From NCBI GenBank assembly GCA_964620905.1, contig CAZUKA010000001.1:298589-362588 (forward strand): 64,000 bases of DNA. Direction: 5' to 3'. Position 1 is the stretch's first letter, and each line of letters opens with the position of its first letter. Position numbers and translations under genes: made by a program. The notes under the pieces are model-generated. The model ran no database searches. It was not told the origin of the DNA and saw nothing but the letters and a program-made list of their open reading frames with translations. This stretch comes from an uncultured Gammaproteobacteria bacterium. GTDB lineage: Bacteria; Patescibacteriota; Patescibacteriia; S139-126. Positions 41,523-54,721 of the stretch are shown in pieces.

Positions 41523-41933
41523 TTACACAATCCAGTCGCAAGAATTATCTTGAAAAATTTTGATCATTTTAAAATCAATTTTAACGTTGGGAAATTTCAA
41601 ACGCAATAATTCAATGACTTCTTCATTGATTTGTTTGTGTTTCTTTAGTTCGTCCTCTATATCTGCAAATTTTTTAAAATGAGACTTATAAGCCCCACAA
41701 TCCAAATGATCAAACAATACAATTTCACTATTGCTATGCATATTGATAATATCTTCAATCATCTTCAATACCAACAAGCGGGAGTCAGGCAGAGACAAGG
41801 CTAAGATGGGATTGGCAAACTGAATGGTGTCAAAGTTACCAAATAAATTATTGTTCACCAAAAAATCATGGTAAATTTTTTTAATTCGTGGTTCAGTACA
41901 GATCAAATGAAGATACTTAACTGGTTTGGACAT
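41523..41933 (-). CDS. Hypothetical protein
   Basis: 136-aa ORF with Cys/His residues in LICTEPRI and FDHLDCGAY. No confident family. Confidence 0.45.
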   Translation of the reverse strand: MSKPVKYLHLICTEPRIKKIYHDFLVNNNLFGNFDTIQFANPILALSLPDSRLLVLKMIEDIINMHSNSEIVLFDHLDCGAYKSHFKKFADIEDELKKHKQINEEVIELLRLKFPNVKIDFKMIKIFQDNSCDWIV

Positions 41934-41983
41934 AATTTACTCCTTTATTTTTAATGTATGAATAAAATATATTATAAAAATTA

Positions 41984-42436
41984 CTATAATTTGTCAATAC
42001 CTTCTCGGCTGGTTCTAATACCTTTCAACTGACGATACTTTTTGCCAACTTTGAGTCTGGCCATTTCTCTTTCCAAGTTAGCAACTACGGCGGCGTATTC
42101 TTCTTGATCATCAATTTTTTCTGTTAATAATTTTTCCGCTCGCGCTCTCGCCTCTTCTACCTTTTCTAAATCAATCTCAGTCGCTAAATCAGCAGAATCA
42201 GCTAAAATAGTGACACTATTTTTCCCCACTTCAATAAACCCACCAGAAACGGCCATAAATTCTTCGTTATTATCAACTTTGATATGTAATTCCCCCGGTG
42301 CTAGCAACGAAATCAAAGGAATGTGTTCTGGTAATACGGTAATCTCCCCTTGCCGAGTAGGGATTGAGACGCTATCAACTTGCTGGTCGAAAACCTTTCG
42401 TTCTGGGGTGGTAATTTTTAAATGAATTTTATTCAT
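41984..42436 (-). CDS. atpC: F1Fo ATP synthase epsilon subunit
   Basis: Beta-sandwich N-terminus (LKITTPERKVFDQQVDSVSIPTRQGEITVLPEHIPLISLL) and a helical C-terminus. Confidence 0.9.
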   Translation of the reverse strand: MNKIHLKITTPERKVFDQQVDSVSIPTRQGEITVLPEHIPLISLLAPGELHIKVDNNEEFMAVSGGFIEVGKNSVTILADSADLATEIDLEKVEEARARAEKLLTEKIDDQEEYAAVVANLEREMARLKVGKKYRQLKGIRTSREGIDKL

Positions 42437-42508
42437 AAATAGCTACCATGTTAATCCTAGGATATATTATTGATTAATAATCTTAATTTTTAATTCTAGA
42501 TTCTAATT

Positions 42509-44799
<2,291 letters not shown>

Positions 44800-44827
44800 A
44801 AACTAATTTTTGAAAATTTATAGCTAA

Positions 44828-46351
44828 TTATAAAGTCTTATTGAAATCTTCAATCACTTGTTTTAATTTATTTTCAATTTCTTCTGTTAACTGTTTTTCC
44901 TGGCTTAATTGTTGACGTAATTTATCACCTGAAGTTTTTAAATAGTCAATAAATTTGTCTTGCCAATTTTTTATATTATCAACTGAAATATTATCAAGAT
45001 AACCATTAGTCAAAGCATACAATACTGCCACCTGATCAACTACGTCAATTAAAACATATTGTGCCTGCTTTAAAATTTCAGTAGCTCTTTTACCAAGTTC
45101 AATCTGTTTTTTGGTAGCTTCATCCAAATCAGAACTAAACTGGGCAAAAGCTGCCAGCTCCCGATACTGGGCCATGTCTAAACGCAATTTTCCAGCCACT
45201 TTTTTCATAGCTTTAATTTGCGCTGCGCTACCAACACGCGAGACTGAAAGTCCCGCATTGATAGCTGGACGGATTCCTTGATAAAACAAATCGGATTCCA
45301 AATATATTTGCCCATCAGTGATAGAAATTACATTGGTGGGAATATAAGCCGACACGTCACCTGCCTGAGTTTCAATAATTGGCAAAGCTGTCAATGACCC
45401 TCCACCATATTTTTCCGACAGTTTAGCAGCTCGTTCCAGTAAACGGGAATGCAAATAAAACACATCACCTGGATAAGCTTCTCGGCCCGGTGGGCGTTTC
45501 AAAAGTAAAGATATTTGCCGATAGGCCCAAGCGTGTTTAGACAAATCATCATAAACTACTAAAACATCTTTACCTTGATCCATAAAATATTCCCCCATGG
45601 CACAACCAGCATAAGGTGCAATATAAGATAAGGCCGCGGGGTCAGAAGCGGAAGCTAAAACTACAATCGTATGATCCATTGCCCCAGACTCTGTCAATTT
45701 GGCAACAATTTTGGCAATTTTCGATTCTTTTTGCCCGATCGCCACATAAATACAAATGATATCCTTGCCTTTCTGATTGATGATGGTATCAATCGCAATC
45801 GCCGTCTTACCAGTTTGCCGGTCACCAATTATCAGCTCTCTTTGTCCCCGACCAATCGGAATCATACTATCGATCGCGACGATACCGGTCTGAACAGGTG
45901 TATCAACTTTCTTTCTAGTAATTACCCGCGGAGCTATTTTTTCCACTGGATACATCTTTCCTGTATCAATTGCACCTTTATTATCCAAAGCCAGTCCTAA
46001 GGGATTGACTACCCGTCCGATTAATTTTTCTCCCACAGGTACAGACAAAATTTTACCAGTACCAATGGCTCGATCGCCTTCTTTCAATTTATTGGCTTCA
46101 CCTAAAATCATCACCCCCAAAATTTCTTCTTCCAAATTCAAAGCAACTCCATACACTTTTTCTCCATTTTCGCTACTAGGAAGAAATTCAATCATTTCTG
46201 CTTGCATGGCATCATACAAACCAGCCACTCTGGCAATACCATCACCAACCTCAATAATCGTACCAAATTTTTCTTCTCGGGTTTGTAATTCGGTTTTGGT
46301 AATTTGTTTTTTCAACTCATCAATTATGTATTGTTTTGTTTCAATTGACAT
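44828..46351 (-). CDS. atpA: F1Fo ATP synthase alpha subunit
   Basis: P-loop [13 protein letters not shown], and overall alpha-subunit conservation. Confidence 0.97.
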   Translation of the reverse strand: MSIETKQYIIDELKKQITKTELQTREEKFGTIIEVGDGIARVAGLYDAMQAEMIEFLPSSENGEKVYGVALNLEEEILGVMILGEANKLKEGDRAIGTGKILSVPVGEKLIGRVVNPLGLALDNKGAIDTGKMYPVEKIAPRVITRKKVDTPVQTGIVAIDSMIPIGRGQRELIIGDRQTGKTAIAIDTIINQKGKDIICIYVAIGQKESKIAKIVAKLTESGAMDHTIVVLASASDPAALSYIAPYAGCAMGEYFMDQGKDVLVVYDDLSKHAWAYRQISLLLKRPPGREAYPGDVFYLHSRLLERAAKLSEKYGGGSLTALPIIETQAGDVSAYIPTNVISITDGQIYLESDLFYQGIRPAINAGLSVSRVGSAAQIKAMKKVAGKLRLDMAQYRELAAFAQFSSDLDEATKKQIELGKRATEILKQAQYVLIDVVDQVAVLYALTNGYLDNISVDNIKNWQDKFIDYLKTSGDKLRQQLSQEKQLTEEIENKLKQVIEDFNKTL

Positions 46352-46372
46352 ATAAATTAGACATTATATTAA

Positions 46373-46768
46373 TTAAGATAAATTTTTTTTCATCAATTTA
46401 AGCTTGCCGGACATTGTATCATCCCATAAATTATCATCCCATGATATTTGTAACCCGGCCAATAAATCTGACTCAACATTATTCTGTAATTCAATTTTAG
46501 CGTTCAGTCGTTTAGCCATAGTTTGCTCAATCAATTTTTTTTCTAGGTTAGTTAAGACCTTAGCCGAATCAACTTTAATAGTTTTAATATTATGGTGCTG
46601 ATTGTATACCTTAGAAAATTCTGACAAAATTTGCTTACCAAAATGTAAGGCTTGGTGATCATGTAAATACTGGACAAAATCAGCAACTATTTTGTTAATT
46701 TCAGTTTTATTTTTTCCCTCAACCAACCGAACTAAACTACGAGCATAATTTTTTGGTTTGATCTTCAT
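46373..46768 (-). CDS. atpH: F1Fo ATP synthase delta (OSCP) subunit, short form
   Basis: Assigned from its operon position between atpF and atpA and from OSCP-like helical sequence. 131 aa, against about 175 typical. Confidence 0.6.
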   Translation of the reverse strand: MKIKPKNYARSLVRLVEGKNKTEINKIVADFVQYLHDHQALHFGKQILSEFSKVYNQHHNIKTIKVDSAKVLTNLEKKLIEQTMAKRLNAKIELQNNVESDLLAGLQISWDDNLWDDTMSGKLKLMKKNLS

Positions 46769-46771
46769 GAT

Positions 46772-47311
46772 TTATTGTTTATCAATTTCGTTAATTACTT
46801 TTTTGATAGCCATTTCATCAATTTTTTCACTAATAAAATGTTCCAATATTTTCTTGGTTAACATAACAACCAATGCCGCTGTTTCTTGTTTTAAATCTGC
46901 TTGTAATAGTTTTTTTTCATCAACAATTTGTTGTTTAGCTTGCTCAACGATATTTTGGGCATCAACTTTAGTCTTCGCGAGTAAAGTTTGTCGCTGACTT
47001 TCCGCCGCCGCAGTTGCCTCAGTGATAATAGCTTGTGATTCTTTTTTTGCTTGAATAATCTTAGCTTCATAATCACTTTCGGTTTTAGCCAACTTTTCTT
47101 CTATTATCTTGGCTTGTTCTAAACTTTTTGCTATCTCGGCACTACGATTATCCATTGTTTTTCGTAATGGCTTAAAAGCAAACTTCCACAAAACCCCGAG
47201 CACTATAAAAAAATTGACAAGTTGAGCAAGTAATAATTTCCAATCAATATAAAATGTTTTTACTAGTTCGTCCATAAAATGAAAATTAAAATTAAATAAT
47301 ATTTTTATCAC
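46772..47311 (-). CDS. atpF: F1Fo ATP synthase subunit b
   Basis: N-terminal TM helix followed by a long charged coiled coil. Confidence 0.85.
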   Translation of the reverse strand: MIKILFNFNFHFMDELVKTFYIDWKLLLAQLVNFFIVLGVLWKFAFKPLRKTMDNRSAEIAKSLEQAKIIEEKLAKTESDYEAKIIQAKKESQAIITEATAAAESQRQTLLAKTKVDAQNIVEQAKQQIVDEKKLLQADLKQETAALVVMLTKKILEHFISEKIDEMAIKKVINEIDKQ

Positions 47312-47349
47312 GAAAGACTGAAATAATCAATCTTTCGTTCATAAAAAAA

Positions 47350-47574
<225 letters not shown>

Positions 47575-47657
47575 CTATTTATTTTCTACTCGACTTATTT
47601 GTTTTTTATTTTATAGTCGGTGAAAATAAATAATTTAATAATTAATTAGTTAACCAA

Positions 47658-48575
47658 TCAATGTTCCTCGGCAGTGGAGGCAATTGTAAAATACACCAAC
47701 GTCAACATAGCAAAAATCAAGGCCTGAATTATACCTACTATTATCTCCAAAAAAATAAACGGGATGGGTACAGCAAACGCAAAAATTGCTGCCATAGAGG
47801 CAAGTAAAACCTCACCAGCAAAAACATTACCGAACAACCTAAATGATAAAGATGCTACTTTAGCTACCTCACCAATTATTTCAATCAAACCGACAAAAAA
47901 CTTTATCGGATTGACAATTACTATTGCCGGTTCTTTCACTATCCGACCAGGGATTTCTGCCAGGGCTTTTAAATTGACAAACTTATTTAAAAAATTCCAT
48001 CCGCCAACTGTTAAAACGCCAAAAAAATTTGCAGCCAGCACTGAAAATATCGCTAAAGCCAAAGTAGTATTTAAATCAGCAGTTGCACCTCGAAACCAAG
48101 GAATAAAAGCGCTATGACCATGGCTAGTTTCAATAAAACCAATTGAACCTACCCCTGGCAACAAACCCAACCAATTATTGAGTAGTAAAAAAATAAAAAT
48201 TGTAAAAACAAAAGGAAAAATTTTTTTGGATTTTACGCTATCATGTGTGACTGAATCCATCATTTCCACGGCTTTCTCCACCATAATTTCAAATATATTT
48301 TGTATACCTTGGGGAATTTTTTTAATACTTCGGCCTAAAACAACAGCCAAAATAACCAAGACAACTACTACTGACCATGAAGAAATTAAAGAATTGGTTA
48401 CTGAAAAATTTCCAATATGAAAAATTGGTTCGGCATACAATGTGATTTCATGACTAACATGTTTATCAACTTCAACTAATTCATTACTTGATTTTTGAGC
48501 CTCGTTTTCCCCAACTATTACTGTAGCATCAACATTTTCATTATTTGCTTTATTATTATCAGAATTTTGAATCAT
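47658..48575 (-). CDS. atpB: F1Fo ATP synthase subunit a
   Basis: LSFRLFGNVFAGEVLL (conserved Arg), multi-TM. Confidence 0.9.
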   Translation of the reverse strand: MIQNSDNNKANNENVDATVIVGENEAQKSSNELVEVDKHVSHEITLYAEPIFHIGNFSVTNSLISSWSVVVVLVILAVVLGRSIKKIPQGIQNIFEIMVEKAVEMMDSVTHDSVKSKKIFPFVFTIFIFLLLNNWLGLLPGVGSIGFIETSHGHSAFIPWFRGATADLNTTLALAIFSVLAANFFGVLTVGGWNFLNKFVNLKALAEIPGRIVKEPAIVIVNPIKFFVGLIEIIGEVAKVASLSFRLFGNVFAGEVLLASMAAIFAFAVPIPFIFLEIIVGIIQALIFAMLTLVYFTIASTAEEH

Positions 48576-48860
48576 TTATTTAGATTTATTTTCATTTTCT
48601 TTTTTATCTTGTTGTTTTTTTACTTCTTGTTCTGCGGCTTTAATAAAGCGAGTAGCAATGGTTATAATGCCATAAGCTGACACAAAGAAAGCAATAGCGG
48701 TTAGACTTAAAAAAAACCATGGTTCGGAATTATACTTATTATCAAAATAACGTCCGGCATACAAGGCCACTATGATTGGTCCGACTATCCAACCTGTCAC
48801 CTCAGCAAAAACTGTTAACCCCGGCCCCCACCACGGTTCAGTTTTATTTGATTTATTCAT
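48576..48860 (-). CDS. ATP synthase protein I-like (AtpZ/AtpI-like) small membrane protein
   Basis: 94 aa with two TM helices, directly upstream of atpB and abutting it, at the usual atpI position. Confidence 0.5.
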   Translation of the reverse strand: MNKSNKTEPWWGPGLTVFAEVTGWIVGPIIVALYAGRYFDNKYNSEPWFFLSLTAIAFFVSAYGIITIATRFIKAAEQEVKKQQDKKENENKSK

Positions 48861-49071
48861 AAAAAATTTTGATTTTGATAAAGAAAAAGAAAAACCAATA
48901 AAATTACATAAAAATACTATAGGTTAATAATTTTTTTAACCTACTGAGAGACAATTATAATAAAAAGTAAATAATTATTCAAGGGTTTATTATTTTTTTA
49001 TTTTATATTAGCCAAAAAAATCAAAATAACCAATTCAACAAACAAATTAGATATGATACAATTAAACTAAT

Positions 49072-49533
49072 ATGGAAGAATTTATTAAAGTTTTTTTAAG
49101 TGCCCTGACACCAATTGGGGAACTAAGATTATCAATTCCTTTGGGACTTGGCACTTTTAGACTGCCTTGGTGGCAAGTTTATCTGGTATCAGTGGTGGGA
49201 AATATGATACCACCAATTTTGATTTTATGGTTATTTCCCAAAATTTCTACTTGGCTAAACCAACGCAGCAAACTGTATCAAAAATTTTTTAACTGGCTAA
49301 TTACCCGTACCAGAAACAAAACTGAAAAAAAAATCAATCAATATGGTGTGTTGGCTTTGATAATTTTTGTCGCTATCCCCCTACCAAATACAGGCGCCTG
49401 GACTGGAGCATTGGCTGCGTGGATTTTTGGACTTCCTTTCAATAAATCATTATGGTCAATTTTTATTGGCGTGTTGATTGCTGGTATTGTAGTGAGTCTT
49501 CTAACCTTAGGATTTATTAAATTGCCTTTCTAA
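49072..49533 (+). CDS. Small multidrug export (Sm_multidrug_ex/COG2426) family membrane protein
   Basis: LTPIGELRLSIPLGLG motif and a 4-TM topology. Confidence 0.55.
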   Translation: MEEFIKVFLSALTPIGELRLSIPLGLGTFRLPWWQVYLVSVVGNMIPPILILWLFPKISTWLNQRSKLYQKFFNWLITRTRNKTEKKINQYGVLALIIFVAIPLPNTGAWTGALAAWIFGLPFNKSLWSIFIGVLIAGIVVSLLTLGFIKLPF

Positions 49534-49552
49534 ACAAGCCAAAATAAAAAAG

Positions 49553-49573
49553 CCTTCGCTACCAAAGCGAAGG
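49553..49573. terminator. Bidirectional intrinsic terminator
   Basis: CCTTCGCT-accaa-AGCGAAGG hairpin. The T-run is strong on the minus strand. Confidence 0.65.
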
Positions 49574-49583
49574 ACACTTACTT

Positions 49584-50039
49584 TTAACAAATTGCCGGTA
49601 AGACAAACGAATATACTGCCCATACAGACAATAAATAACCCACAATGGTAAACCACATTTTCCAGTTATTTATACTTTCTTGATGTTTTTCAATATATAA
49701 AATACTACTAACACCAAGTACCAAAGCAGCTACCATTGCTAAACCAAATAAAGCAGCCAGATCATGACTAGACATATGGTGACGGGTAATAATAGCAAAC
49801 ATCAACCCGGTAACAGTAATCAGATAAGGTAGTCTATCAAACCATTTATACTTGGAAAACAGGACAAAACCCAAAGTTACACCAGTAACAATCAATAAAT
49901 TTTGCTTTGCTTTAAAAGCAAATAAGTGAATGTCACTAAACTCAAGCACAATATAAATTAAAGTAACCAGTACAAAAATAAATAATTGTCTCAGGTTTAA
50001 TCCAGCCCAAGAAGCCAATGAATAAGAAAGTTTTTCCAT
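49584..50039 (-). CDS. Hypothetical 4-TM membrane protein
   Basis: 151-aa hydrophobic ORF with a terminator immediately downstream. Confidence 0.45.
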   Translation of the reverse strand: MEKLSYSLASWAGLNLRQLFIFVLVTLIYIVLEFSDIHLFAFKAKQNLLIVTGVTLGFVLFSKYKWFDRLPYLITVTGLMFAIITRHHMSSHDLAALFGLAMVAALVLGVSSILYIEKHQESINNWKMWFTIVGYLLSVWAVYSFVLPAIC

Positions 50040-50167
50040 TTTTTTCCTCTTTTTTGTTTTTGTTTATTGTTAATTAACTAGGATAAAATAATTTTAAATC
50101 AACTATTGAAATTGTCAATACAAAAATCCCTAAATTTCTAGGGATTGAATTGATAAAAAAATATTTA

Positions 50168-51202
50168 TTATTCTTCTATTTTTGGTTTTTCTAGTTCCAA
50201 AACTTCAATATTTGCATCCTGACCGGTAATTCTTGTGACGTCTTTATCAACTTTTTTAAATTCTTTATAGCCAATATTGTAAGTATTTACCACTGTTCCC
50301 AGCTGTGTACCTATTTTTTTCATATATTCATCGTAGTTGACCAAGTGTTTTTGTAAAGCTTCAACATTTTTTCTAATGTCTTTAGCTGATTCTTCTATTT
50401 GCAAAGCGCGCAGTCCTTGCAGTACAGTCTGTAAATAAGCCAAGAATGATGTGGGGGAAACGATAATTACGTGCTTATCTTTGAAGGCGTATTCTATCAA
50501 ATCCTGGGTGGAAACTTGGACGGCACCAACTTTATTGATAAGTAAATCATAGTAAATTGCCTCAGAAGGAATAAACATAAAAGCAAAATCCATTGTACCC
50601 TCACTGGGTTTGATATATTTTGAAGTTTCATCAATTCGATTTTTTAGATCCTGTTTAAAAGCTTTTTCCAATTTTTCTTTTTCTCCTTCATCAATAGTTC
50701 CTAAAATTCTTTCATAATTTTCTAAGGAAAATTTACTATCAATGGGTATAATCTTTTCTTTAACAAACACCACCGCATCAACTATCGAGCCATCGGTAAA
50801 TCCGTATTGCATTTGATAACTTTTAGGTGGTAAAACATTTTTTAAAACAGTTTCTAAATAGAATTCTCCCAGAACTCCTCTTTGTTTTGGATTTTTTAAA
50901 ATATCTTGTAAATTTTTCAATTGATCAGCAAAATTTACAACTTGCCGGTTGGTATCGTCAAGTTTTGTCAACTTTTCAGTAACATGCTGGATGATTTTGG
51001 TTGATTCCGAAAACTGGTTTTGAAACATTTTTGCCGATTCACCCAACTTGTTATCAAGGGTCTTATTTACTTCATTTATTTGATTTTGCAACATGAGTAG
51101 GGCTTGATCTTGGGAAGAATCTTTTTTTTGTTTTGTGAGCAACCAAAACATCACCGCAAAACCAACAATTATTATAAAAATTAAAATAAATTCTATCGAC
51201 AT
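50168..51202 (-). CDS. rmuC: DNA recombination protein RmuC
   Basis: N-terminal TM plus long coiled coil, then a C-terminal RmuC nuclease-like domain (DAVVFVKEKIIPIDSKF...FMFIPSEAIY). Confidence 0.75.
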   Translation of the reverse strand: MSIEFILIFIIIVGFAVMFWLLTKQKKDSSQDQALLMLQNQINEVNKTLDNKLGESAKMFQNQFSESTKIIQHVTEKLTKLDDTNRQVVNFADQLKNLQDILKNPKQRGVLGEFYLETVLKNVLPPKSYQMQYGFTDGSIVDAVVFVKEKIIPIDSKFSLENYERILGTIDEGEKEKLEKAFKQDLKNRIDETSKYIKPSEGTMDFAFMFIPSEAIYYDLLINKVGAVQVSTQDLIEYAFKDKHVIIVSPTSFLAYLQTVLQGLRALQIEESAKDIRKNVEALQKHLVNYDEYMKKIGTQLGTVVNTYNIGYKEFKKVDKDVTRITGQDANIEVLELEKPKIEE

Positions 51203-51203
51203 A

Positions 51204-52043
51204 TTAAATATTGAAAAAATTTCTAGCTGTTTGTGTAGTAACCTCAGCTACCCTATCATAACTTATGTTTTTTAATTCTGCAATTTTTTCTGCCACCAAA
51301 CGCACATGGCTTGGTTCGTTCCTTTTGCCACGATTAGGTTCGGGTGATAAATAGGGTGCATCAGTCTCTATCATTATTTTTTCCAAAGGCAACTCTTTGG
51401 CTAAACTTTGTAAAATATGGGCGTTTTTAAAAGTAATAATACCGGTAAAACTAACTAGTAAACCCCGTTCAATAAATTTTTTTGCCTGTTCCAAATTTCC
51501 ACTAAAACAATGTACCACCCCTTTATAGTAGCCAGTCTTATCTAAAACCGCCAAAACATCATCATATGCATCTACCGTTCCCTTACTAGGACGGGTATGA
51601 ATAACTATGGGTTTATTGACGGACTTAGCTAACTTCATTCCTGCTAAAAAAACTTGCTGTTGTAATTCTTTTATTTCAACTGGATCTTGATCGTCAGGTA
51701 AATGAAAATAGTCAATCCCCATTTCACCAACACCAACCACTTTGGGGTTTTCCAACAGTTCAGCATATTTTTCATAATCAAATTTTTCCGCCCGAGATCT
51801 AAAATTTAAATTCTGTTCAAATTCATCAATCTCCATTTCGTACAAATGAATCGGATGTAGACCAACGACGGCATAAACACCTTGATTATATTTATTGGCT
51901 ATCTCTATGGCTCGAAGTGAAGTTGACAGTTGACTGCCAATATTAATCAACCAAATATCACTGGATAAACTTCTCTCAATCACTTCGGTAGCATCATCTT
52001 TATAAGCAGAAAAATTAACATGGCAATGTGTATCTATCAACAT
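51204..52043 (-). CDS. tatD: TatD family metal-dependent DNase
   Basis: MLIDTHCHVNF..., GLHP, EMGIDY, IHTR, HCFSG metal-binding signature blocks. Confidence 0.9.
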   Translation of the reverse strand: MLIDTHCHVNFSAYKDDATEVIERSLSSDIWLINIGSQLSTSLRAIEIANKYNQGVYAVVGLHPIHLYEMEIDEFEQNLNFRSRAEKFDYEKYAELLENPKVVGVGEMGIDYFHLPDDQDPVEIKELQQQVFLAGMKLAKSVNKPIVIHTRPSKGTVDAYDDVLAVLDKTGYYKGVVHCFSGNLEQAKKFIERGLLVSFTGIITFKNAHILQSLAKELPLEKIMIETDAPYLSPEPNRGKRNEPSHVRLVAEKIAELKNISYDRVAEVTTQTARNFFNI

Positions 52044-52044
52044 G

Positions 52045-52563
52045 TCAAAAATTTATTAATACTTTCATTTTATCAATCGTTTCCGGAATTAAAGGGGTTA
52101 AAATTTCTGCAAACTTAAGTAACTGTCTAGCAATTTGTGAACCCTCAATTTTGTTTAATATAGTACCACTAAACGGAAAACGTACTAAAAAATAAAATGC
52201 TATTCCCACAATCAAACTACCCTCCAAGCAACCAAAAACTGCCCCGGCCAATTTATTCAAAGATTTGGTAAAAGGTATAAAACGCAACAAATTGAAAGCT
52301 CGATCTAAAATATAAGTAAAAAGTTTAAACAACTTACCCACGGCTACTAACAAAAAAATAAATACAAAAAACTTGGCAAAAATTTCACTGCCAAAAAACA
52401 ACCACTGCCAAGAACTGGCAATTGGTGCAAAATATCGGGCAGCAAAAAATACTCCCACCAAAAACCCTACTAAACCTCCCAAGGTACGGATAAAACCGGA
52501 TTTAAATCCCGCCCAGGTATAATAAAGAATTACTACAATAATTACTATCTCCAAAAATGACAT
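52045..52563 (-). CDS. cvpA: CvpA (colicin V production) family membrane protein
   Basis: N-terminus IIVVILYYTWAGFKSGFIRTLGGLVGFLVG with a 4-TM topology. Confidence 0.75.
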   Translation of the reverse strand: MSFLEIVIIVVILYYTWAGFKSGFIRTLGGLVGFLVGVFFAARYFAPIASSWQWLFFGSEIFAKFFVFIFLLVAVGKLFKLFTYILDRAFNLLRFIPFTKSLNKLAGAVFGCLEGSLIVGIAFYFLVRFPFSGTILNKIEGSQIARQLLKFAEILTPLIPETIDKMKVLINF

Positions 52564-52573
52564 ATATTTTTAT

Positions 52574-54037
52574 TTAATTTACTAAACGAGGAAAAAGCGG
52601 TTCGGCTTTGGCTATTTTTTCAGCTGTCATTATTGTTTCTATTTTAGCTGCCGTATCTGGTAAATAGGGTTTTAACTGTTTACTCAACTCCAAAATAGCT
52701 ACAGCTATAATAGACAAAGTATTTTTTATTTTTTCTATATCACCACTATTACCAGATTTTGCTAGTTGCCAAGGTTTGGTAACATCAATCAACTTGTTTA
52801 ATTCATCAATATTTTTTTTGACTTCGTCCAACGCTTTATCAAAGTGTAAATTTTCTGTATATTCAGCAATCTGTGGCCAATTAAAATTACTAGTAATAGA
52901 AAAATCAACTTGCCCGTCCAAATAATTTGCAATCATATTGGTTGTTCGGGAAATAAGATTACCCAAACCATTAGTCAAATCAGCTGTGTATAATTCACGA
53001 AACCTTTTTTCTGAAAAATCACCATCACCCCTGGTAGGTATTTCTTTTAGTAAATAATAACGCACGGGATCAACACTAAAATTTTTTACCAAAGCCAGAG
53101 GATCAATTACGTTGCCCAATGATTTGGACATTTTCTTGCCCTCAATCGTTATATAACCATGGACAAATAATCGATCGGGTAATTTTAAACCAGCGGCGAG
53201 TAACATTGCTGGCCAAATAGCTGCGTGAAAACGCAAAATACCCTTACCAATCACATGGGTGATAAACCCTTGCTGCCAAAAATTATTAAAATTTTTATCA
53301 TCATCAGCATACCCCAAGGCTGATATATAATTGGTTAAAGCATCACACCAGACATACATCACTTGACTGTCATCGCCAGGTACTGGTACACCCCAATTTA
53401 GTTTTTCTCTAGGTCGAGAAAAACTAACCCGACTAAAACCCTCTTTTAAAATATTAATGATTTCATTTTCCCGACTTTTAGGAACGATGGCCAATTTACC
53501 ACTTGTAATGCTATCGATAATTATTTGGGAATACTTGCCTAAATTGAAAAAATAATTTTCTTCATGTAACACTTCTGGTTCAGTATTATGATCTGGGCAT
53601 TTACCATCAACTAAATCTTTATCCAATTTAAATTCTTCACAACCCACACAATACAATCCCTCATATTTATCTTTGTACAAATCACCATTATCAGCTAACT
53701 TATTCCACATCTTAAAAACAGCTGGCCAATGATTATTTTGATCTGAAGTCCTAATAAATGCGTCATTGGAAATATTATAAACTTTTACCAATTCTTGGAA
53801 TTTAGCGGCATTTTGATCAACAAAATCTTGTGGTTCCATCCCTAACTTCTTTGCGCTAGTAAAATTTTTTGTACCGTGTTCGTCAGTCCCAGTTAAAAAA
53901 AACACTTGCTTGCCTTGAGCACGCCAATATCTAGCCAACACATCGGCTTGCACTTTTTCCAAGGCATGCCCAAGATGTGGTTGAGCATTGACATAATCAA
54001 TGGCCGTAGTTATATAAATTGAACTATTTTTATTCAT
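52574..54037 (-). CDS. metG: Methionyl-tRNA synthetase (short form without the C-terminal tRNA-binding domain)
   Basis: HIGH-type motif (AQPHLGHA), zinc knuckle (CVGCEEF...CPDH), KMSKS. Confidence 0.95.
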   Translation of the reverse strand: MNKNSSIYITTAIDYVNAQPHLGHALEKVQADVLARYWRAQGKQVFFLTGTDEHGTKNFTSAKKLGMEPQDFVDQNAAKFQELVKVYNISNDAFIRTSDQNNHWPAVFKMWNKLADNGDLYKDKYEGLYCVGCEEFKLDKDLVDGKCPDHNTEPEVLHEENYFFNLGKYSQIIIDSITSGKLAIVPKSRENEIINILKEGFSRVSFSRPREKLNWGVPVPGDDSQVMYVWCDALTNYISALGYADDDKNFNNFWQQGFITHVIGKGILRFHAAIWPAMLLAAGLKLPDRLFVHGYITIEGKKMSKSLGNVIDPLALVKNFSVDPVRYYLLKEIPTRGDGDFSEKRFRELYTADLTNGLGNLISRTTNMIANYLDGQVDFSITSNFNWPQIAEYTENLHFDKALDEVKKNIDELNKLIDVTKPWQLAKSGNSGDIEKIKNTLSIIAVAILELSKQLKPYLPDTAAKIETIMTAEKIAKAEPLFPRLVN

Positions 54038-54718
54038 TTATTCAAAAAATTTGGGGGCGATTACTAGAACAAACTCTCCCTTTACCTTATCATTTTTTAA
54101 TTTTTCAGCAACTTGGTTAGGGTAACCTCGATAAATTCTTTCAAATTTTTTAGTCAACTCACGTGCCAACATTATCTTTCTTTGGGGGATATAAATTATT
54201 AGTTCTTGTAAAAATTTATTGATACGGTGCACAGATTCATAACAAACTACGGCTATCTCAGTTTGATCAATCTGTCGCAAAAAAGTTTGTCTACCTTTTT
54301 TATGGGGCACAAATCCCATAAAAATAAATCGATCGACAGGAAAACCGCTAACCGATAAAGCTGCAACCACTGCCGCTGGTCCCGGTAAGGGAACAATTTC
54401 CAAATCATCTCCAAATTTTTTATATAACTTTTCTACCAATAAACCACCCGGATCAGAAATACCGGGAGTACCAGCATCTGTCACGTAAGCAACCTGCTGA
54501 TTTGTCTGCAAACAACTTGTTATTTTCAGCAAAGAGTTATCCTTGGAATGTTGATGAAATGACAATAAAGGTTTAGTAATTTTATATCTAGTCAATAACC
54601 GCTGTGTTACTCTAGTATCTTCACACACTATCAAATCAACTTGCCGTAATACTGATAAGGCGCGGATAGTAATATCCTCCAAATTTCCTATCGGTGTAGC
54701 TAACAAATAAAGTCGCAT
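54038..54718 (-). CDS. rsmI: 16S rRNA (cytidine1402-2'-O)-methyltransferase
   Basis: LYLLATPIGNLEDITIRALSVLRQVDLIVCEDTRVTQRLL, a tetrapyrrole-methylase fold. Confidence 0.9.
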   Translation of the reverse strand: MRLYLLATPIGNLEDITIRALSVLRQVDLIVCEDTRVTQRLLTRYKITKPLLSFHQHSKDNSLLKITSCLQTNQQVAYVTDAGTPGISDPGGLLVEKLYKKFGDDLEIVPLPGPAAVVAALSVSGFPVDRFIFMGFVPHKKGRQTFLRQIDQTEIAVVCYESVHRINKFLQELIIYIPQRKIMLARELTKKFERIYRGYPNQVAEKLKNDKVKGEFVLVIAPKFFE

Positions 54719-54721
54719 GAT

